Source of the DNA: Clostridia bacterium
GTDB lineage: Bacteria > Bacillota > Clostridia > TANB77 > CAG-465
Direction: 5' to 3'
NCBI GenBank assembly: GCA_900772475.1
Contig: CAAHEI010000008.1
Coordinates: 21,346 to 85,345, forward strand
Length of the DNA: 64,000 bases
Shown one piece after another: positions 51,888 through 61,062 of this stretch (position 1 is its first letter; each line of letters begins with the position of its first letter). Under the pieces are notes generated by a model that was not told the origin of the DNA, searched no databases, and saw only the letters and a list, made by a program, of their open reading frames with translations. The position numbers were made by a program, and so were the translations under genes.

Positions 51888-52971
51888 TTTAATTGTAGTA
51901 GTTTTTTTTATATGTTTAGCTCTTACACCTATAGTTATAAAAATGGCTAAAAAATACAATTTAGTAGACATTCCAAAAGATGAAAGAAGAGTACATAATA
52001 AACCAATGCCTAGAGTTGGAGGTATAGCAATTGTAATTTCAATGTTTATTGGTCTTGGTATTTATTATTTAATTACAAAAAATATTCCATCTATAGCATT
52101 AAATAAAAAGTTTATAGGGTATTTAATTGGTGGAGTAGTTATATTTGCAATGGGATTAATAGATGATATTTTTAATCTTAAAGCTAGATATAAATTTTTA
52201 TTTCAACTTTTTGCAGCAGTTATTGTTTATATATTTGGAGTAAGGCTTTCTGGAATAAAAATTCCATTTATTTATACAGATATTATTAATTTAGGATGGC
52301 TTGATTTTCCAATTACATTACTTTGGATTATAGGAATTACTAATGCAATAAATTTAATTGATGGATTAGATGGACTTGCAGCTGGAATATCAGCTATTTC
52401 AGCTACGGCACTACTTATAATTTTTATAACTACTTCTGCAAGTTTAGAGGCTATAGTAATAACTGCGGTACTTGTGGGCTCAACACTTGGGTTTTTACCA
52501 TATAATTTTAATCCTGCAAAGACCTTTATGGGGGATGTTGGATCAAACTTTTTAGGCTTTACATTATCAGTAGTATCTATATTAGGGTTTGCAAAAGGAT
52601 ATACATTACTTGCAATTATAGCTCCAATTTTAGCATTAGGTGTTCCTATATTTGATACACTGTTTGCAATGATAAGACGTTTCTTGAAGGGACAACCTAT
52701 GTTAAAACCTGATGGTGCACATATTCATCATAGATTACTTAAAATGGGATTTTCACAAAGACAGGCAGTAGTTTTCTTATACACTGTTACAAGTATTCTT
52801 TGTATTCTTGCAGTTACAATAGTATCTGCAGATATTTGGAAGTTTATAATTTTAATTTTTGCAGTTATTTGTTTTATAGTAATAGCTTTAATGAACTATC
52901 AAAAGAATAAAAGCAAAAAAGAAGAGGATGAAACAGTTAGTGAAAATTTTGTACATCACGATAAAAAATAA
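51871..52971 (+). CDS. MraY/WecA-family undecaprenyl-phosphate sugar-phosphate transferase (TagO-like)
   Basis: 366 aa polytopic protein. GLIDDIFNL, NAINLIDGLDGLA, MGDVGSNFLGF blocks. Confidence 0.85.
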   Translation: MAIIYSLIVVVFFICLALTPIVIKMAKKYNLVDIPKDERRVHNKPMPRVGGIAIVISMFIGLGIYYLITKNIPSIALNKKFIGYLIGGVVIFAMGLIDDIFNLKARYKFLFQLFAAVIVYIFGVRLSGIKIPFIYTDIINLGWLDFPITLLWIIGITNAINLIDGLDGLAAGISAISATALLIIFITTSASLEAIVITAVLVGSTLGFLPYNFNPAKTFMGDVGSNFLGFTLSVVSILGFAKGYTLLAIIAPILALGVPIFDTLFAMIRRFLKGQPMLKPDGAHIHHRLLKMGFSQRQAVVFLYTVTSILCILAVTIVSADIWKFIILIFAVICFIVIALMNYQKNKSKKEEDETVSENFVHHDKK

Positions 52972-53030
52972 AAAGTACAGTATAATAAAGTAATATATAA
53001 ATATAATAATAAAGAAGGGAGAATATAAAA

Positions 53031-53468
53031 ATGAAAGAGGAGTTACTAAAAGCTTTAAAAGAAGCAATGAAAGAAAAAGATGAATTGAAAAAAGATACAA
53101 TAACAATGCTTAGAGCAGCAATTTTACAAGTTGAGAAGGATGATAAAAAAGTTCTTACTCAAAGTGAAATGGAAGCAATTGTTGCAAAGCAAATAAAATC
53201 AAGGAAGGAATCTTTAGATGATTATAAAAAGGCAAATAGAGATGATATTGTTTCTAAAATTGAAAAAGAAATTGAAATATTAACAGAATATTTACCAGAA
53301 CAATTAACATTAGATGAAATAAAAAAATTAGTAAGTGAAGCAATAGAAAAAACTGGTGCAGCTTCTCCAAGAGATATGGGAAAAGTAATGCAAGAAATAA
53401 GACCTAAAATTGCTGGAAAAGCTGATGGTAAAGTTGTTAGTGATATGGTAAAACAACTGTTAGCATAA
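53031..53468 (+). CDS. GatB/YqeY domain protein
   Basis: 145 aa. LKEAMKEKDELKKDTITMLRAAILQVEKD typical of the YqeY family. Confidence 0.8.
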   Translation: MKEELLKALKEAMKEKDELKKDTITMLRAAILQVEKDDKKVLTQSEMEAIVAKQIKSRKESLDDYKKANRDDIVSKIEKEIEILTEYLPEQLTLDEIKKLVSEAIEKTGAASPRDMGKVMQEIRPKIAGKADGKVVSDMVKQLLA

Positions 53469-53517
53469 TAAGAGTAGCCAAGTTTTGTACCTTGGCTTTT
53501 ATTTTTGAGGTGATAGA

Positions 53518-54771
53518 ATGAATAATATTTATAAAATAAATAGTGAGAAGTTTAAAAGTATATATTTCTCTATAAATTTTACAATGCCTGTAAATAAAAG
53601 GCAAATTTCTGAAAACGCACTATTATCTGCAGTTCTTGGAAAATCTAACAAGAAATTTAAAACTCAAAAGGAAATTCAAATGTACCTTTACTCTTTATAT
53701 GGAGCTAATTTTGATATAGGAATCGAGAAGTTTGGAGATTTATATAACATAGAATTTAGAGGTGAATGCATTAATAAAAAATATTTACCTAATAATACAG
53801 ATGTTGTAAATGAAGTTTTAGAATTTTTGTATGATGCTATATATAATCCAAATGTTTTGAATGGAGCATTTGATGAAGAAGTTGTAGAGAGAGAAAAAGA
53901 TTTTATATTAAATAAAATAAGAGAAGTAAAAGATGATAAATTACGTTATGGTATAAGAAAAATGGAAGAATTAATGTGTAAAGATGAACCCTTCAGTACA
54001 TATGTATATGGTGATGAAGATGATATATACAAGATTACTAGTAGTGATTTATATAAAAGATATAATGAAGTTATTTCTAATTCTTGCATAACTTTTATTA
54101 TATCAGGAAATCTTCTTGGATATGAGGATATTGAAGAAAAAGTAAATAATATTTTTAATAATAAATTAGTTTCAAAATTAAATTATAAAGAATTAATATA
54201 TAATCGAAAGTTAAATCATAATCAAGAAGTTGTTGAAGAATCACAACAAACAACTCAAAGTGTACTTTCATATGGATTAAGAATTAATAATCCAAATTCT
54301 AATGATTTTTATAAATTAAGTGTATATAATGCTTTACTTGGAGGTACACCAAGTTCTAAGTTGTTTCAAAATTTTAGAGAAAAAGAATCACTTGCATATA
54401 CCGTAAGATCAAGATATTATAGATTTAAGGATATTATAATTATATATGCCGGAATTCAGAAAGAAAATTATGAAAAAGCAAAGTTGGTTCTTGAAAATGA
54501 GATAAACAAAATAAAAGATGGAGAAATCTCAGATGAAGAATTTGAGGCTTCTAAAAAGAGTATAATATCTGATTTAAAAGAATGGAATGATTCAAAAATT
54601 GCACTATCAAAAATGTTTATATCTAATCTATTTTCACTAAAAAACGATTCACTTACTTTAGAACAAATGGTAGATAAGTTTGAAAAGGTTACAAAACAGG
54701 ATATTATTGATATAGCTGGTAAAATAACTATTGAAAAAATATACTTTTTGGGAGGTGAAAATAATGCGTAA
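53518..54771 (+). CDS. M16-family peptidase-like protein (no HxxEH; probable non-catalytic partner)
   Basis: 417 aa. Insulinase-like C-terminal blocks (LFQNFREKESLAYTV). Paired with the next gene. Confidence 0.7.
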   Translation: MNNIYKINSEKFKSIYFSINFTMPVNKRQISENALLSAVLGKSNKKFKTQKEIQMYLYSLYGANFDIGIEKFGDLYNIEFRGECINKKYLPNNTDVVNEVLEFLYDAIYNPNVLNGAFDEEVVEREKDFILNKIREVKDDKLRYGIRKMEELMCKDEPFSTYVYGDEDDIYKITSSDLYKRYNEVISNSCITFIISGNLLGYEDIEEKVNNIFNNKLVSKLNYKELIYNRKLNHNQEVVEESQQTTQSVLSYGLRINNPNSNDFYKLSVYNALLGGTPSSKLFQNFREKESLAYTVRSRYYRFKDIIIIYAGIQKENYEKAKLVLENEINKIKDGEISDEEFEASKKSIISDLKEWNDSKIALSKMFISNLFSLKNDSLTLEQMVDKFEKVTKQDIIDIAGKITIEKIYFLGGENNA

Positions 54772-56053
54772 AATTACAGTAAATGTTAGTAATGAATTAG
54801 GTGAAAAGACTTATACTACTACTCTTGATAACGGTTTAAAAGTGTATATATGTAAAAAAGAGGGATTTAGTAAAAAAATTGGATTATTTGGAACTAAATA
54901 TGGATCTTTAATAAATGATTTTGTTGATATAACAACTGGCAAAAGGATAAAGGTTCCAGATGGAATAGCACATTTTTTAGAGCACAAATTATTTGAAAAA
55001 GAAGGTGCTAATGCATTAGATTTATTTAGTAAAATGGGTGTATCATCAAATGCGTATACTTCTTTTGACCAAACTGTTTTTTATTTTGAAACAATAGATA
55101 AATTTAAGGAATCTATTGAAATGTTAGTAAAATTAATAAAAGAGCCATATTTTACAGATGAAAATGTAGAAAAAGAACAGGGGATAATTGGTCAAGAAAT
55201 AGGGATGTATGATGATGATCCTGGGTTCTCAGTATATTTTAATGCTTTAAGAGCGATGTATATAAACCATCCAATTAGAATTGATATAGCCGGAACAGTT
55301 GAAACTATTTCACATATCAATAAGGAGCTATTATATACTTGTTATAATACATTTTATAGTCCTCAAAATATGTTCTTTATTGTAGTTGGTGATGTAGATG
55401 TTGAAGAAACCATTGATCTTATTGAAAAAAATATAAAAAAGTATGACAAAAATAATATAAGCCATGAAGAAATTAAAAAATATATTGTTCATGAACCAGA
55501 GGAGATTAACAAAAAAGAAATTATAAAAGAAATGGAAATATATATGCCACTTCTATGTATAGGTTATAAATTAAATGTTGTGAGTGAATATGAAAATATA
55601 AAAAGACAAATTATTTGTGAAATAATCTCTGATTTATATTTTTCAAAAATATCAGATTTCTATGAAGATGAATATAATAAAGGAATAGTTGCTGATGAAA
55701 TATCATTTGATTATGAAGGTACAGATAATTTTTCACATGTAATTATAAGTGCAAGTTCTACTAAGGTTGATAATTTGAAAAAGGATATAATTAATTATAT
55801 AGAAAAAATAAAGGATGATGAAATTAATATAGATAAATTTAATCTAGTAAAGAAAAAGAAAATTGGCTATACTGAGTTTTCAGCAGATAACTTAAATAGT
55901 AGTTATAGAAGGATTATAGAACATTCTTTATATGGTGAAGATTTATATTGTGATATAAAAATATTAAATGAAATAAAGCCAGAAGACATTAAAGAATTTT
56001 TAAAAGATTTAAATGTTGAAAATCAAGTGATTTCAGTAGTAAAAGGTAAATAG
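54764..56053 (+). CDS. M16-family zinc peptidase (insulinase/pitrilysin-like)
   Basis: HFLEH (HxxEH) zinc motif. ATG at 54764 after GGAGGTG overlaps the upstream stop by 8 nt. Confidence 0.8.
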   Translation: MRKITVNVSNELGEKTYTTTLDNGLKVYICKKEGFSKKIGLFGTKYGSLINDFVDITTGKRIKVPDGIAHFLEHKLFEKEGANALDLFSKMGVSSNAYTSFDQTVFYFETIDKFKESIEMLVKLIKEPYFTDENVEKEQGIIGQEIGMYDDDPGFSVYFNALRAMYINHPIRIDIAGTVETISHINKELLYTCYNTFYSPQNMFFIVVGDVDVEETIDLIEKNIKKYDKNNISHEEIKKYIVHEPEEINKKEIIKEMEIYMPLLCIGYKLNVVSEYENIKRQIICEIISDLYFSKISDFYEDEYNKGIVADEISFDYEGTDNFSHVIISASSTKVDNLKKDIINYIEKIKDDEINIDKFNLVKKKKIGYTEFSADNLNSSYRRIIEHSLYGEDLYCDIKILNEIKPEDIKEFLKDLNVENQVISVVKGK

Positions 56054-56116
56054 TTGGATAAAATTTTAAAAATAGCATATAATAGACATATATTATAAAG
56101 TGTATGTCTATTTTTT

Positions 56117-56181
56117 TGTCGAAAGTTGCGATGGATTGTTCGACAAAAAATGTTGACAATTAATGGGGTAAATGGTATTAT
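56117..56181 (+). promoter_or_regulatory. promoter with Spo0A-box-like inverted pair upstream of the Spo0E-like gene
   Basis: TGTCGAA at 56117-56123 and TTCGACA at 56139-56145. TTGACA at 56153-56158, 17 nt, TGgTATTAT (-10 at 56176-56181). Confidence 0.5.
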
Positions 56182-56206
56182 TATGAAAAAAATGGGAGAT
56201 GGTTGT

Positions 56207-56398
56207 ATGATAATAGAAGAAATAAATATTTTAAAATGTAAACTAGAAAATCAATTAAGGTTAAATGATTCTTATGATAAAATATATGAGACTAGTACAA
56301 AAATTGATGATTTACTAGTAAAATATTATGAAAAAAGTATGGTAATATCTTCAAAAAATAGCTTAGAAAATAATTTTAAAAAAGATCTAAGCTACTAG
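56207..56398 (+). CDS. Spo0E-family aspartyl-phosphate phosphatase-like protein
   Basis: 63 aa from the ATG after GGGAGATGG: MIIEEINILKCKLENQLRLNDSYDKIYETSTKIDDLLVKYYEK. The helical-hairpin pattern is typical of the Spo0E family. The upstream part of the track ORF overlaps the promoter. Confidence 0.55.
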   Translation: MIIEEINILKCKLENQLRLNDSYDKIYETSTKIDDLLVKYYEKSMVISSKNSLENNFKKDLSY

Positions 56399-56834
56399 AT
56401 GAAATATTAAATAACATTAAACCTAAAACAATTAGGATTGAATAGTCGCAATCTGTTTCAAAAAATAAAAAAAGTATTAATGCAATAAGTATTAGATCAT
56501 CTATTGCTATTTTGAATCCAAAAATAGATATTATGTCTTTTGAAATATCGATAGGACCAAGTTTAAAGTTTTCTTTTCTTTCGTTTTTTGAATTATCATC
56601 TTGTTTATCGTCATTTTGAATATTTGAATTTTGTAAAATAGAAGTAGATTCTAAAGTATCACTATTTGTTACTTTAGAATCTTTTGTATTGTTAAAATTT
56701 TGATAGTGTGGTAGATTTTGTGTATAGGGATAATAAAAGGCAGTGTATGGAGGAGGAAAATTGAGTCTACGATTACCATAAGGTGTGTTATAATTTGAAT
56801 AATAATTTTGATAATATAAATTTTGATTATACAT
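56376..56834 (-). CDS. hypothetical Tyr/Asn/Pro-rich protein with C-terminal TM segments
   Basis: MYNQNLYYQNYYSNYNTPYG...PPPYTAFYYPYTQ, then DDLILIALILFLFFE...ILIVLGLMLF. The ATG overlaps the upstream stop (ATGTATAA). Confidence 0.5.
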   Translation of the reverse strand: MYNQNLYYQNYYSNYNTPYGNRRLNFPPPYTAFYYPYTQNLPHYQNFNNTKDSKVTNSDTLESTSILQNSNIQNDDKQDDNSKNERKENFKLGPIDISKDIISIFGFKIAIDDLILIALILFLFFETDCDYSILIVLGLMLFNISSSSLDLF

Positions 56835-57294
56835 TTTTATCACTACCTTTATCCCTAAATGCTTCAAAAGCTTTTATTATTGTGAGTATTGTTATGTATT
56901 CATTTAATTTATCTTGTCTTGATTTTCTTAGAAATGGTTTCAAAGATATTAATAAATCTTTCTTTGGATCTTTTTTCCCTATATTTATTATAATTTGCTG
57001 AATTTTGTTAAATAATTTAGGATCAAGATTTCCAAAGTTAAAGTCAGAATTTTCATTATTGTTATTTATATTTCCAAGTATGTTTAATATATTTGAAAAC
57101 TCAAAATTTGAATTTTGAGTATTATCACTTGTATTTTGGATAGGTGAGTTATCAATATTATTTGTGTTATTTGTCTCATTATTGATTTCTTTTTCATTTA
57201 GTTTAGATTGTATGCTTTGAATTAGATTTGATAAGGCTTCATTATTTTCATTTGTTTTAGTTTCCTGTGTTGCCGTATTATATACATTATTCAT
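56827..57294 (-). CDS. hypothetical Asn-rich protein
   Basis: 155 aa. Low-complexity N-terminal half and a conserved-looking C-terminal block (DLLISLKPFLRKSRQDKLNEYITILTIIKAFEAF). Confidence 0.5.
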   Translation of the reverse strand: MNNVYNTATQETKTNENNEALSNLIQSIQSKLNEKEINNETNNTNNIDNSPIQNTSDNTQNSNFEFSNILNILGNINNNNENSDFNFGNLDPKLFNKIQQIIINIGKKDPKKDLLISLKPFLRKSRQDKLNEYITILTIIKAFEAFRDKGSDKNV

Positions 57295-57295
57295 A

Positions 57296-57484
57296 CTATT
57301 TCTTTTTTTGAGATTTACTAAGCATATTTACTAAATTAGATAAATCATCACTTGACATATTTTGTACCATCCTACTTACTTGTTCTATTTTATTTTTATC
57401 TATTGTTGATAATAAATCCATTAATTTGGAATTTAACATTTGATTTTGATTAGAATTAGAATTAGAATTATTCACTACAATCAT
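57296..57484 (-). CDS. hypothetical small protein (62 aa)
   Basis: First ORF of the three-gene minus-strand unit. (SN)n tract near the N-terminus. Confidence 0.4.
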   Translation of the reverse strand: MIVVNNSNSNSNQNQMLNSKLMDLLSTIDKNKIEQVSRMVQNMSSDDLSNLVNMLSKSQKKK

Positions 57485-57547
57485 CTCCTTTTTCTATGTA
57501 TATATTAATTATATGCTAAAGTTAAAATTCTGTGAATAATATTTTTT

Positions 57548-57612
57548 TGTCGAAACTTGCGGCGAAAAGTTAAATTGAAATAATTGACAACAGAAAATAA
57601 AAATGGTATATT
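57548..57612 (+). promoter_or_regulatory. promoter with Spo0A-box-like motif upstream of the VirB4-like operon
   Basis: TGTCGAA at 57548-57554 (plus the degenerate cGGCGAA at 57560-57566). TTGACA at 57584-57589, 17 nt, TGgTATATT (-10 at 57607-57612). The 5' part TTTTTGTCGAAAnTTGCG is shared with 56113-56130. Confidence 0.5.
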
Positions 57613-57653
57613 GTAATTGATTTTTTCTTCTTTTTTTCAAAGGTGGTGATTTT

Positions 57654-58160
57654 ATTTTAAAATTTAAAAAATTAGGGGATATAGAAAGTATATATAACAT
57701 TGTTGATATAAAAGATGAGTATATTTTAACTAAGGAAAATGAAAATTTTAGACATGTATATATATATGAAATAGATCCAATCCCAATTATAAATATATCA
57801 AATGATATACAAAAAAATATTTCTAGTGTTTACACAACGTTTTTAAGAGAAATAAACGTTGATTTTCAAGTTTTAGTTATTAATAAAAAAATAGATTTTA
57901 ATCAAGTTTTTAATTCAAATAAGTTTAATCAAATAAATTCAAAGTATTTCAGTGATATGAGAGTAAAAATAAAAGATGACAAAATATATTATTCAAAGTA
58001 CTATCTTATAGTTGCTTTAAAAAAACAAGATCAAGTAGAAAATATTGACAAAATGATAGATATTTTTAAAAATTGCGGTTGTAATGTTAAAAGAATTATT
58101 GGAAAAAACGAAATCGAGCTAATTTTATATGAGTGTATAAATAAAAGGGAAATAAAATAA
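57654..58160 (+). CDS. VirB4/TrsE-like protein, N-terminal fragment (no canonical start; ATT proposed)
   Basis: The frame is open from 57621, but the first ATG/GTG/TTG is at 57957. SD AAAGGTGGTGA at 57638-57648, with the in-frame ATT at 57654. The sequence (YIYEIDPIPIINISNDIQKNISSVYTTFLREINVDFQVLV) resembles the extreme N-terminus of Gram-positive VirB4 homologues. Confidence 0.5.
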   Translation: MLKFKKLGDIESIYNIVDIKDEYILTKENENFRHVYIYEIDPIPIINISNDIQKNISSVYTTFLREINVDFQVLVINKKIDFNQVFNSNKFNQINSKYFSDMRVKIKDDKIYYSKYYLIVALKKQDQVENIDKMIDIFKNCGCNVKRIIGKNEIELILYECINKREIK

Positions 58161-59929
58161 TGATTAGTAAAGATTATATTTATCCTTCATTTATTGATAA
58201 TAGAGATTTTAGATATATAAAGGTTGATGATAAGTACATTGCAAGCATTATTATATATGATTTTCCAAAATGTAATAGCTTTTTATCTATTCTTGAAAGT
58301 TTTCCTAAAGATACAGAATATACTATGTCTGTATATATAAAAAAGCAAGATACGTACAAAATATTAAGAGAACTTACAAATTCAATATCAATATCAAAGT
58401 CAGAAATTAAGACAGCTAAGGGATCGCAAATAGATATTGATGTTATTGAAAAATCTCAAGACGACGCTGCAATGCTTAGAAAAGAAATACAAATCAATAA
58501 TCAAGAAATTTTTTATATAAATTTTATTCTTACTTTTTATTCTGATAGAGATGATGAATTACTAAAAATGTTAAAGAGATTTCAGAGTAAACTTTATTCA
58601 AATCAAATTTATTCCAAAATTGCAAATTTTAGACATCTAGACGAATATATTTTATCTCTGCCACTTGCTAAATGTGAACATCCTTTATTAAAACAGAACT
58701 TTAGAAATTTTACAACTAACTCACTATGTAATTTATTCTTTTTTTATACAAGAACAATTTTTGATAAAAACGGAGTGATATTTGGAAAAATATTAAGAGA
58801 TAACGTTATATGTAATATAGATATGTTTAAGAAAAGTTTTTTAAATTCAAATATGTGTATACTTGGTAGTAGTGGTGCTGGAAAGTCTTTTTTCTCCAAA
58901 ATGCTAATAATTAGACATTTTATAAATGGTAAAAAACAATATATTTTTGATATAGAGGGAGAGTACTATAATATTGTAAAAAAACTTGGAGGAAATATTT
59001 TTTCATTTTCAAATAATCATTTAAATATATTAGAAGTTACTGACTATGAAATAACAAAATATGGAGAAAATTTTTTTAAATTTAAAATAAAAGAAGTTGT
59101 TAATTTCTTATGCAATATTCTTGATATTACAGATGAGGTAAGTAAAAAGGAATTAGAAAACTATACTTTAAAAGCATATAAAAAATTTCATATAAATTTC
59201 GATTTAAAATCTTTATACATTAAAGAAAAAAATAAAATATATTTAAATAATGTAATAAGATCATGTAATGATTTTCCAACTTTAAATGATTTAGAAATTG
59301 AGTTGAAATCAGATTTGCTTAAAATGAAGTTTATAGAGGCAAGAAAAAAATATCCATTTCTTTTTGGGGTAACTGATGTTGATTTTAGTAGCATGTTAAC
59401 TTTATTTGATTTAAGTAATGTAAACTTATTTGATACCTGTAAAGTTATAAAATATATTTTAGAAAAAATTATATTAAAATTAAAGGTACAAAGTTTTGAT
59501 AAAAATCAGATAAATAACCTAGTATATATAGATGAAGTATGGAAATATGTTACACATAGTAATAATAATATTTTCTTAAAATATATTTTTGAATTATTTA
59601 AAACCATAAGGAAATTAAATACTGGGATTATAATAATAACACAAGATATCTCAGATTTATTCGATAAAAAAAATGTAAATTATGGGAAAAGTATACTAAA
59701 TAATTGTTTTTTTAAAGTAGTGTTTAAATTAGATTTTAATGATGTAAATGTATTGAGTAAAATAAGTGGTATAGATAATGAAATATTGGAAGAAATAAAA
59801 TTATTAAATAAAGGTGAGGCAATGGTTGCTTTTAATAATAATAATACAAGAATATTAATTGAAGCAACAAATTATGAAAAAGAATTGATTGAGGGTGATA
59901 ATAATAAAAATATTAGTGGCTTTAAATAA
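58160..59929 (+). CDS. VirB4/TrsE-like AAA ATPase (central and C-terminal parts)
   Basis: 589 aa. Walker A ILGSSGAGKSFF, FDIEGEYYNIVKKLGGNIF, Walker B LVYIDEVWKYV, IIIITQDISDL. ATG overlaps the upstream TAA (TAATG). Confidence 0.7.
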   Translation: MISKDYIYPSFIDNRDFRYIKVDDKYIASIIIYDFPKCNSFLSILESFPKDTEYTMSVYIKKQDTYKILRELTNSISISKSEIKTAKGSQIDIDVIEKSQDDAAMLRKEIQINNQEIFYINFILTFYSDRDDELLKMLKRFQSKLYSNQIYSKIANFRHLDEYILSLPLAKCEHPLLKQNFRNFTTNSLCNLFFFYTRTIFDKNGVIFGKILRDNVICNIDMFKKSFLNSNMCILGSSGAGKSFFSKMLIIRHFINGKKQYIFDIEGEYYNIVKKLGGNIFSFSNNHLNILEVTDYEITKYGENFFKFKIKEVVNFLCNILDITDEVSKKELENYTLKAYKKFHINFDLKSLYIKEKNKIYLNNVIRSCNDFPTLNDLEIELKSDLLKMKFIEARKKYPFLFGVTDVDFSSMLTLFDLSNVNLFDTCKVIKYILEKIILKLKVQSFDKNQINNLVYIDEVWKYVTHSNNNIFLKYIFELFKTIRKLNTGIIIITQDISDLFDKKNVNYGKSILNNCFFKVVFKLDFNDVNVLSKISGIDNEILEEIKLLNKGEAMVAFNNNNTRILIEATNYEKELIEGDNNKNISGFK

Positions 59930-61049
59930 TAAGAAAATAAAAGAAAAATTGGATTTAAGGTATAAAGATAAGGTATATAATTATGATTTTGTATATAAAG
60001 AAGATATTATATCATATATAGAAAAATACAATAATAATTACATTATCTTAACTAGATTAGATTTGTCTGGAAACATGAATTATCTTGAATATATAAGAAA
60101 AATAAAAAAGATAAATACTAAAAATAGAATTATAATAATTATTGATAAGTTGGAAAAAGAAATAAAAGAATTTTTATTTGCAAATGAAGTATTTAATATT
60201 ATTGAGGGCAATGAAATTGATATGGAAGTTATATATAAACAAATAAACACTGAAAATAAAATTGTGTATAAGACTGTGTATAAAAAATCTAATAATAGTG
60301 ATGATAAAAGGAAAATAACAGTGTTTGGATCTAATGGCTCTGGAAAATCATTTATATCATCTTTAATGGCTAATAGTATTGCAAAAAAGACTAAGAAAAG
60401 AGTTGTTTTAGTTTCATTTGATGATAAAAATTCATGTTTAGATATAATTAACAATATAAATTGCTTTAATTTCGATATTAAACATTTTTTTACAGGTGAA
60501 GATATGAATTATGATTATATTTCAAAAAGTATTTCTCAATCAAATGTTTGTAAAAATTTGTGGCTTATGAATTCGGATATAAAACTTACAGATAATAGAT
60601 TAAAAATTAGTAAATCTCAAATGCAAAATTTAACCTTTTATCTTAAAAGTAGATTTGATTACGTTATTTTTGATTTGCCTAATTATACATTAAATTCAAA
60701 TTACAAAATACTGATGGATATAGTTGATGAGATAATATTTGTAACAAATCCTAATTATATTAGCATTAAACAGTCAAAAATATATTTAGATTTTATTTAT
60801 AATAAACTTAAAATACCAAAGGATAAGTTAAAATTAATAATTAATAAAAATGGAGTTTATTCTCTAGATATAAGACAAATAAAATCAATTTTAAATTATG
60901 AAAATAAATTTGTTTGTATTAAATATATAAGAACATTAGAAGCATATATAAATGGAATATTATATGAAAATCCTCTAGGTTATAAAACAGAAGAAAAAGT
61001 ATTTAATTTTTTATCAATAAAAGAAGAAAAAATAACAAATAGTAAATAG
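59889..61049 (+). CDS. ParA/MinD-superfamily ATPase with N-terminal receiver-like domain (CpaE/TadZ-like architecture)
   Basis: ITVFGSNGSGKSF (Walker A), VLVSFDD, YVIFDLP (Walker B). The N-terminal ~120 aa has a REC-like beta-alpha pattern (KILVALNN...IILTRLDLSG...RIIIIIDK). The start is ambiguous: TTG at 59889, GTG at 59895 or 59916. Confidence 0.6.
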   Translation: MRVIIIKILVALNNKKIKEKLDLRYKDKVYNYDFVYKEDIISYIEKYNNNYIILTRLDLSGNMNYLEYIRKIKKINTKNRIIIIIDKLEKEIKEFLFANEVFNIIEGNEIDMEVIYKQINTENKIVYKTVYKKSNNSDDKRKITVFGSNGSGKSFISSLMANSIAKKTKKRVVLVSFDDKNSCLDIINNINCFNFDIKHFFTGEDMNYDYISKSISQSNVCKNLWLMNSDIKLTDNRLKISKSQMQNLTFYLKSRFDYVIFDLPNYTLNSNYKILMDIVDEIIFVTNPNYISIKQSKIYLDFIYNKLKIPKDKLKLIINKNGVYSLDIRQIKSILNYENKFVCIKYIRTLEAYINGILYENPLGYKTEEKVFNFLSIKEEKITNSK

Positions 61050-61062
61050 AAAGGTGATAAAA

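Noticed and set aside
57441-57470. GATTAGAATTAGAATTAGAATT hexanucleotide repeat.
   Set aside because: It lies inside the 62-aa ORF and simply encodes the (Ser-Asn)n tract. It is a coding microsatellite, not a CRISPR or regulatory repeat.
57509-57700. 63-aa minus-strand ORF.
   Set aside because: It overlaps the promoter and SD region of the VirB4-like operon, has no SD, and shows antisense low-complexity composition.
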